Shown here one piece after another: positions 58,284 through 64,000 of a DNA stretch of 64,000 nt (positions are counted from its first letter, which is position 1; each line of letters begins with the position of its first letter). The notes beneath the pieces are model-generated. The model was not told where the DNA came from. It did no database searches and worked only from the letters and a program-made list of their open reading frames with translations. Location: NCBI GenBank assembly GCA_938002955.1, contig CALLAA010000039.1:397-64396 (forward strand), written 5' to 3'. Made by a program: the position numbers and the translations under genes. Source of the stretch: an uncultured Acidimicrobiales bacterium (GTDB lineage: Bacteria > Actinomycetota > Acidimicrobiia > Acidimicrobiales > SHLQ01).

Positions 58284-59486
58284 TTAGGACTTGCCGGCTT
58301 CTTTGTAGCCAGCTGCGACTGCGGCTTCTGGCGTGTTGAACCAGATCTCGGCAACGGTCTGCTCGTACCAACGGCCACCAGGCTGGTGGAACTTCATCGA
58401 GTCAGCGTTGCCCTTGATCTCAAAGCCAGCGGGCATGGAGCCGTCGTCGTTCGGAGCGTGAGCGCCGTCCGGGATGTCCACAGCTGCGGCAGGTGCCTCT
58501 TCAGCTGGAGATTCGGCGGCTGGAGCTGCGGCTTCTTCGGCAGGTGCGGCGTCAGCGGCAGGTGCCTCTTCGGCGGGAGCATCTTCAGCAGGAGCTGCGG
58601 CCTTGGCCTCTTCAGCTGCTTCCTTTTCTGCCGCGATGCGTGCTTCGCGCTCGGCGGCAGCGGTAGCGGCAGCAGCACGAGCCTCGGCTTGTGCTGCGTC
58701 GTGAGCTGCCTGCTCCTCAGCGGAGCGTTCCGCTGGAGCAGCTGGAGCGCCACCGGCTGCTGGAGCGTCTGCTGGGATGCCAGCCATTTCGGCCTTCTTG
58801 GCACGAATGAAGTGTCCTTCGAGAACAGCGTCGGAGATAACGCGGCACATGAGGTCGCCAGCGCGGATTGCGTCGTCGTTGCCGGGAATGACGTAGTCGA
58901 CAAGATCGGGGTCGCAGTTGGTGTCGACAACGGCAACGAGTGGCAGACCGAGCTTGTTCGCTTCGGTAACTGCGGTGTGCTCGAGCTTGGTGTCGAGGAC
59001 GAAGACCGCATTTGGAGCCTTCGTCAGGTTGCGGATACCACCGAGGTTGCGCTCGAGCTTGACGAGTTCGCGGTTGATGAGAAGGGCTTCCTTCTTCGGC
59101 ATTGCTTCGAACTCACCCGAGTCGCGCATGCGCTGGTATTCCTTCATCTTCGCAACGCGCTTCGAGATGGTTTGGAAGTTGGTGAGCATGCCACCGAGCC
59201 AACGCTGGTTGACGTAGGGCATGCCGCACTTCTCGGCGTAAGACTGGATCGAATCCTGAGCCTGACGCTTGGTACCGACGAACATGATCGTTCCGCCATC
59301 AGCGGTGAGATCGCGGACGTAGGTGTAGGCATCCTCGAGACGGTTGAGCGTCTGGTTGAGATCGAGGATGTAGATACCGTTGCGCTCACCGTGGATGAAT
59401 CGCTTCATCTTCGGGTTCCAGCGGCGGGTCTGATGACCGAAGTGCACACCGGCGTCGAGCAACTGCTTCATCGTGATAACTGCCAT
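58284..59486 (-). CDS. rpsB: 30S ribosomal protein S2 with a ~170-aa C-terminal extension
   Basis: [28 protein letters not shown]-terminus. The core runs to about aa 230. An A/E/P-rich tract and a terminal globular-looking module follow. ATG at 59486 with a GGGAAGG RBS. Confidence 0.92.
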   Translation of the reverse strand: MAVITMKQLLDAGVHFGHQTRRWNPKMKRFIHGERNGIYILDLNQTLNRLEDAYTYVRDLTADGGTIMFVGTKRQAQDSIQSYAEKCGMPYVNQRWLGGMLTNFQTISKRVAKMKEYQRMRDSGEFEAMPKKEALLINRELVKLERNLGGIRNLTKAPNAVFVLDTKLEHTAVTEANKLGLPLVAVVDTNCDPDLVDYVIPGNDDAIRAGDLMCRVISDAVLEGHFIRAKKAEMAGIPADAPAAGGAPAAPAERSAEEQAAHDAAQAEARAAAATAAAEREARIAAEKEAAEEAKAAAPAEDAPAEEAPAADAAPAEEAAAPAAESPAEEAPAAAVDIPDGAHAPNDDGSMPAGFEIKGNADSMKFHQPGGRWYEQTVAEIWFNTPEAAVAAGYKEAGKS

Positions 59487-59652
59487 GAGATTACCTTCCC
59501 TGCGGTTTCGTTGGAGCGGCTTGCTCTGGCGCCGAAGGCGACCGCAGATGACCAAGCCGATATTCACTAGCCAGCTACATGGCTGTAGCCGTTGGGCATA
59601 CTTTGCCCGGATCAACGTTATCGGCACTTCGCGGTGTCGCGTCGTGGCGATT

Positions 59653-60177
59653 TTAGGTAGTTGCGGATTCGGCGACGAGGCGTACAGCGACCCGAAACCG
59701 CTGAAAGAGCAGCTCGGGATCGATGTAGCTGCCATTTCGACGTGCGGTGAAGTGCATCGTGTGCCCGGCGGTTGCGATCACCTGCCCGTGTTGGACGCGA
59801 TCACCGGCAGAAACCAGGACCTCGTCGACGAAACCAACGGTGGTTCGCAGCTCTGCGCTGTGTTGCACGGTCACGAAGAGATAACCGCCGACTTGCCCAG
59901 CGAACGTCACGGTGCCGCCGCTCGAGGCTCGAACAGCCTGGCCGGGAGATGTGTCGTATTCGAGGCCACGGTTGCCGGGAGCGTATGGGCCCGCGGGCGG
60001 GCGAAACGGGTCGATGACCGGCGCGTCGACCGGCGGTTCGTGAGGAACGGCGACGATCTGATCGACCGACGCAGCGGTGAAAGGTGGCGCTGGACCCCCA
60101 AGGGCCGGGCGCGCCAGTCCGACGCACGCAATAACGACGCACGTAATGACGACGAGCGCAACAACGAGAACCCGCAC
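59653..60177 (-). CDS. M23 family metallopeptidase (secreted or membrane-anchored)
   Basis: N-terminal hydrophobic anchor. [26 protein letters not shown] and a C-terminal [13 protein letters not shown] pattern. Conserved position upstream of rpsB in actinobacteria. Confidence 0.85.
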   Translation of the reverse strand: MRVLVVALVVITCVVIACVGLARPALGGPAPPFTAASVDQIVAVPHEPPVDAPVIDPFRPPAGPYAPGNRGLEYDTSPGQAVRASSGGTVTFAGQVGGYLFVTVQHSAELRTTVGFVDEVLVSAGDRVQHGQVIATAGHTMHFTARRNGSYIDPELLFQRFRVAVRLVAESATT

Positions 60178-60277
60178 AGATCTACCTCCGCGATAAAGAA
60201 ATCGAGCGGGGGAAGTTCCTTCAGTATGTCGAACCCGTCAGCGGATGCCCAACCGGGTCGGTGCGGCCTAGCCGCGA

Positions 60278-61057
60278 TTAGGCGGGGCTGTATTCGTTTG
60301 CGGCGAGACGGCTGCGCAAACGAAGCACGGACTTCGTGTGGATCTGACACACGCGGCTCTCGGTAACTCCGAGCACCTGGCCAATCTCCGCGAGGGTCAA
60401 GCCTTCGTAGTAGTACAGGGTGAGGACGATCTTTTCGCGCTCGGTCATCCCGTTGATGGACTCGGCGAGGAGTTGGCGCATCTCTTCGACTTCGAACGAA
60501 CCAACCGGGCCTGCGCCCTTGTCAGGAATCGTGTCGCCGAGGGTCATCGAGTCGCCGCGTTCGCCACCAGAGAGCATCTCATCGAGGGCAACAACACCAA
60601 CGAACGAGATCTTGGTGAGCATGGTTTCGAGTTCGGTGGTGCTGATGTCGAGGGCGTCTGCGAGTTCTTCGTCGGACGGTGCTCGTCCAAGCTTGGCTTC
60701 GAGCTTCGCGTTGGCCTGCTCGATCCGCTTGGCCTTGGTACGAACCGACCGGGGGACCCAGTCCATCGAGCGAAGCTCATCGAGCATCGCCCCCTTGATC
60801 CGGGAGATTGCGTAGGTCTCGAACTTATATCCACGGCCGGGGTCGAACTTGTCGATCGCATCGATCAGTCCGAATATGCCGTACGAGACGAGGTCGGCCT
60901 GTTCGACGTTTTGGGGAAGGCCCGCCGCCACTCGAGAGGCCACGTACTTCACCAACGGCGAGTAGTGCACGATCAGTTGATCGCGAACCTCTCTCGTTGG
61001 CTTCTTTGTGTATCGCAGCCAGAGCCCTTCGGCTCGTGCCTTTTCTTGTTCGTCCAC
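60278..61057 (-). CDS. whiG: RNA polymerase sigma factor, FliA/WhiG (sigma-28) family
   Basis: Region 2 [34 protein letters not shown] and region 4.2 [29 protein letters not shown]. Confidence 0.85.
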   Translation of the reverse strand: MDEQEKARAEGLWLRYTKKPTREVRDQLIVHYSPLVKYVASRVAAGLPQNVEQADLVSYGIFGLIDAIDKFDPGRGYKFETYAISRIKGAMLDELRSMDWVPRSVRTKAKRIEQANAKLEAKLGRAPSDEELADALDISTTELETMLTKISFVGVVALDEMLSGGERGDSMTLGDTIPDKGAGPVGSFEVEEMRQLLAESINGMTEREKIVLTLYYYEGLTLAEIGQVLGVTESRVCQIHTKSVLRLRSRLAANEYSPA

Positions 61058-61089
61058 GTTTCAGGTCCTCTGAGACTCTCTGCCGCCTG

Positions 61090-61986
61090 CTATGCCCGCG
61101 GATGACTCGACCGATGTACCCGCTGTAAGCGTTCTTTGCTCACATGCGTGTAGATCTGGGTGGTCGAGAGATCTGAATGGCCCAACAACTCCTGCACCGT
61201 CCGTAGATCGGCACCTCCGTCCAAAAGATGAGTGGCAAATGTGTGACGAAGTGCATGCGGATGTGTCGGTGTGGGCGATCTGCGGTCCAACAATCGCCGC
61301 ACATCGCGTGGTCCGAGGCGATTTCCACGTTGGTTTCTGAACAACGGCTGCGTGCCGTCGGCCCCGGTACCCGCATCGACATCGAGCCCGGCTTGTGCCT
61401 CACGGTGTGCTGTCAATGCTGCTACTGCCGGCGCGCTCAGTGGCACGATCCGCTCCTTTTCGCCTTTGCCCCACACCCGAATCGTGCCGGCCGAGAGGTC
61501 GGCGGAGTCGGTGTTGAGGTCGCAGACCTCGCTGACGCGCAGACCCGATCCGTAGAGGAGTTCGAGCACCGCATCGTCTCGTCGCCGTAGTGGCGATTCG
61601 TCTGTCGGGCTTACGCGTGGAGATGGGTCGTCGCCGAGCAACTCGCCCAACTGATCGTCGGTCAAGATGTCGGGAAGATGTGATGATGCGGCTGGAGTCG
61701 ACAATCCAACCGTCGGGTCGTCGACCACGACCGAGCTCATACGAGCCCACCGAAAGAAACGTCGCAATGCGCTCATCTTTCGAGCGATCGTCCGCCGTGC
61801 GTACCCGGATGCGTCCAGATGGGCGAGGTACCGACGCACGACACGGCGATCGATCCGCCCAAGGTCGACGAAGCCGTTTTCGTCGGCCCATTCGGCAAAC
61901 GCCACGAGGTCACGTCGGTAGACGGCAGCGGTGGCTGCGCTAACGCCGGTCAGCGACCCGGCAAACGTCTCGATGTGGTCCAGCAC
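61090..61986 (-). CDS. xerC: Site-specific tyrosine recombinase XerC
   Basis: C-terminal catalytic [12 protein letters not shown]...[16 protein letters not shown] and an N-terminal SAM-like domain ([13 protein letters not shown]). Confidence 0.9.
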   Translation of the reverse strand: MLDHIETFAGSLTGVSAATAAVYRRDLVAFAEWADENGFVDLGRIDRRVVRRYLAHLDASGYARRTIARKMSALRRFFRWARMSSVVVDDPTVGLSTPAASSHLPDILTDDQLGELLGDDPSPRVSPTDESPLRRRDDAVLELLYGSGLRVSEVCDLNTDSADLSAGTIRVWGKGEKERIVPLSAPAVAALTAHREAQAGLDVDAGTGADGTQPLFRNQRGNRLGPRDVRRLLDRRSPTPTHPHALRHTFATHLLDGGADLRTVQELLGHSDLSTTQIYTHVSKERLQRVHRSSHPRA

Positions 61987-62051
61987 GAGTCAAACGGTAG
62001 TCGTGATGCGAGCATCTGGTACGGAGCACGGCGAACGATTGCCCGCACCCT

Positions 62052-63152
62052 TCAGCGAACACGTTCGAGCCACGGTCCGCTTCGAGTCACAACGCCGAGG
62101 GCGATAAGACGTTCAAGTTCGGCGGCGACCGACGCCGCTGGCAAGTCCGTGCGACCACAGAGCTGTTCGAGCGATAGCGGCGTCCAGCCAAGCACATCGA
62201 GCAACGCAGAGCCAAACAAGTCGGGGTCCTCGCCGACCTCGATCTTGGTCGGTGGTGAGTAGCCAATCATCGAGAAGATGTCGTCGACGCCAAGTATCGG
62301 CGTCGCCCCGTCCACCAGGAGCCTGTTCGTACCGGCCGCTGCCTTAGACGTGATTGGACCGGGCACGGCTCCGACCGGGACATCTCGCAATTGCGCTTCG
62401 TCGACGGTAAGCAACGAACCACCTCGTTCATGTGACTCGATCACGACGATTGCATCGGACAGCCCAGCGATGATCCGGTTTCGGGCCGGAAACCGCCACG
62501 CTGCCGGCCGTACGCCTGGTGCGGTCTCGCTGAGCAAGGTCCCTTCGTCGGCAACACGGGCCCACAGCGACGCGTTTCGGCGCGGATACACAATGTCGAG
62601 TCCGCTGCCGACAACACCGACCGGCCGACCGCGGGCGGGTGACGTCGCCGTGAGAGCGCCCTGGTGTGCCGCAGCATCGATGCCGAGCGCGAGACCTGAG
62701 ACGACGTGGACTCCGGCTTCGGCGAGCGCTGCGCCTAGCTCGAACGCACAGCGCTGACCGTAGGAGCTGCACTGACGGGTGCCGACGATCCCGACGGTGG
62801 GCCCAACGTCAAGGGGCGCACCAAGGCCGAAGAGCAGCTGTGGCGGCTCGATGTCGTTGCTTAGCCGCACGGGATAGCCGCTTGCTCCCAGCTCGGACAC
62901 CGATATCCCGAGCCCCTGGATCGCGTGCCAATGATCGGTAACAGAGACACTTCGGGCCGAGGTCCGCCAGCGCGACACCGTGTCGGACTTCACCTGGTCG
63001 ATGGCCAGCGGTTCTCCTGTGCAAAGCCGCTTCCACGCAGTCTCTGCGTCGTGGTTTGCGAGCAAGGCGCTTAGACGACTCGGTCCCATTTTGGGCAACG
63101 TCAGTAGCGCCACGATCCATGCTTCGTACGGAAGCTCCGACTCGGCGGTCAT
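62052..63152 (-). CDS. dprA: DNA-processing protein DprA (Smf)
   Basis: Rossmann-like core VVSGLALGIDAAAHQGAL and a C-terminal wHTH. The ATG at 63152 overlaps the upstream stop (ATGA). The ORF-track start at 63389 overlaps the upstream gene. Confidence 0.88.
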   Translation of the reverse strand: MTAESELPYEAWIVALLTLPKMGPSRLSALLANHDAETAWKRLCTGEPLAIDQVKSDTVSRWRTSARSVSVTDHWHAIQGLGISVSELGASGYPVRLSNDIEPPQLLFGLGAPLDVGPTVGIVGTRQCSSYGQRCAFELGAALAEAGVHVVSGLALGIDAAAHQGALTATSPARGRPVGVVGSGLDIVYPRRNASLWARVADEGTLLSETAPGVRPAAWRFPARNRIIAGLSDAIVVIESHERGGSLLTVDEAQLRDVPVGAVPGPITSKAAAGTNRLLVDGATPILGVDDIFSMIGYSPPTKIEVGEDPDLFGSALLDVLGWTPLSLEQLCGRTDLPAASVAAELERLIALGVVTRSGPWLERVR

Positions 63153-64000
63153 GACCCGAACCCGAACGGATCGACGCGAAGCGACATGGCCAAGCAGAGA
63201 TGTTCGACCGAGACGTCGTCCCCGACGTCTTCGAGGTCGGCAATTGTGCGAGAGACAGCACGCACCCGTCCCACCCCACGAGCAGAGAGTCTCCCCTGCT
63301 CTACAGCGTTCTCGAGGATCGACTGCGCTCCCGGCGACAGCGCCGCCACCGAATCGAGACCGGCGTGATCGAGCGCTGCGTTCACACACCCCGATCGTTT
63401 CAGCGCCCGACTACGGGCCGTAGCGACTCGCTGTGCAACATCCTGGGTCGACTCGCCGACCGCTGCGGAGAAGAGCTCGGACGGCGCCGGCCTCTGGACG
63501 CCGATGCGAAGGTCGAACCGATCGAGGAGCGGGCCGGACACTCTCCGGTGATAACGAGACCGGGCCACGTCGCTACATCGACAGGCTCCAGGCGCTCCGG
63601 ACTCCCCGCATGGACACGGATTCATCGATGCCACGAGCAGCACATCGGCTGGATACCTGGCGGTGCTGTGCGCTCTCGTGACCCGAACCTCGCGCTCTTC
63701 GAGCGGCTGACGAAGCCCGTCGAGCGCTGATGGCGAGAACTCACCGAGTTCGTCGAGGAACAGCACGCCCTTGTGCGCGAGCGACAGTTCGCCTGGCCGC
63801 ATCGATGATGCACCGCCGCCCACGAGCGACACTGCCGAAGCACCGTGGTGAGGGGCGCGAAAGGGCGAGTCGGTCATAGGAATCTGATCGGCGACGAGCT
63901 CGCCAGCCGCCGAGTGAATACGGGTGACATCGAGCGCCTCTGCATTGGTTAGCGGAGGCAACAATCCCGCGAGCCGCTTGGCGAGCATCGTCTTGCCAGC
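63149..64000 (-). CDS. comM: YifB/ComM family Mg-chelatase-like AAA+ ATPase (N-terminal part outside window)
   Basis: Walker A ...AGKTMLAKRL sits at the window edge. Walker B GVLFLDELGEF. C-terminal ChlI-like region. The frame is open to position 64000. Confidence 0.88.
   Translation of the reverse strand, partial: AGKTMLAKRLAGLLPPLTNAEALDVTRIHSAAGELVADQIPMTDSPFRAPHHGASAVSLVGGGASSMRPGELSLAHKGVLFLDELGEFSPSALDGLRQPLEEREVRVTRAHSTARYPADVLLVASMNPCPCGESGAPGACRCSDVARSRYHRRVSGPLLDRFDLRIGVQRPAPSELFSAAVGESTQDVAQRVATARSRALKRSGCVNAALDHAGLDSVAALSPGAQSILENAVEQGRLSARGVGRVRAVSRTIADLEDVGDDVSVEHLCLAMSLRVDPFGFGS

Noticed and set aside
57393-59570. 725-aa plus-strand ORF
   Set aside because: It is antisense to the unmistakable tsf and rpsB genes. 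The translation is low-complexity (V/G/L/C-rich) with no motifs. This is a typical high-GC shadow ORF.
60178-60277. Cyclic-di-AMP (ydaO-type) riboswitch upstream of the M23 cell-wall peptidase
   Set aside because: The context is suggestive. However, the spacer is only about 100 nt, and I could not recognise the conserved ydaO pseudo-symmetric helices or ACGGGGA-type boxes. A cmsearch would be needed.
61090-61986. Integrase of a mobile element
   Set aside because: The gene sits in the conserved whiG-xerC-dprA-comM chromosomal context and has XerC-like N- and C-terminal motifs. There is no flanking tRNA, att-like direct repeat or cargo.

Overview
High-GC (roughly 60%+, estimated by eye) chromosomal segment with actinobacterial gene order; a possible Acidimicrobiia-like origin is inference only. 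I call about 55 protein-coding genes and find no rRNA, tRNA, CRISPR array or obvious mobile element. Layout: (1) 0.4-2.4 kb, a DEAD-box helicase. (2) 2.5-19.3 kb, a galactoside/oligosaccharide utilisation locus: GH1, GH2 lacZ, galK, GH4 melA, two ABC permeases, a DeoR regulator, an acidic-linker solute-binding lipoprotein, an FG-GAP/ASPIC lipoprotein, a GH36 alpha-galactosidase and an MsiK-type ATPase. (3) 19.4-23 kb: dapD, msrB, an orphan ORF, a MaoC dehydratase and an orphan LacI regulator. (4) 23-35 kb, minus-strand housekeeping run: cinA-pgsA-rimO, CaCA antiporter, ftsK, rnj-dapA, SURF1, GNAT, dapB. (5) 34.9-37.5 kb, a small opposite-strand insert with a methyltransferase plus a DUF4956-like/VTC-like pair; this is the most interesting candidate system. 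(6) 37.5-49.6 kb: pepR-pnp-rpsO-ribF-truB-rbfA-DUF503-infB-nusA-rimP. (7) 49.8-54.3 kb: a small membrane ORF, then ispG-rseP-dxr. (8) 54.5-59.5 kb: cdsA-frr-pyrH-tsf-rpsB. (9) 59.6-64 kb: M23 peptidase, whiG/fliA-type sigma, xerC, dprA and a partial comM/yifB. Recurrent unusual themes: charged low-complexity extensions on RNA and translation proteins (RGG/RD tails on DeaD and PNPase; acidic tracts on DeaD, CdsA and possibly EF-Ts; a 170-aa tail on S2), and several intergenic tandem or direct repeats (2.45, 6.94, 32.6, 38.9 and 54.3 kb). All calls come from reading the ORF translations and sequence by eye. No searches or folding were run. Start codons are best guesses, and where I prefer a start other than the ORF-track one the alternative is given.
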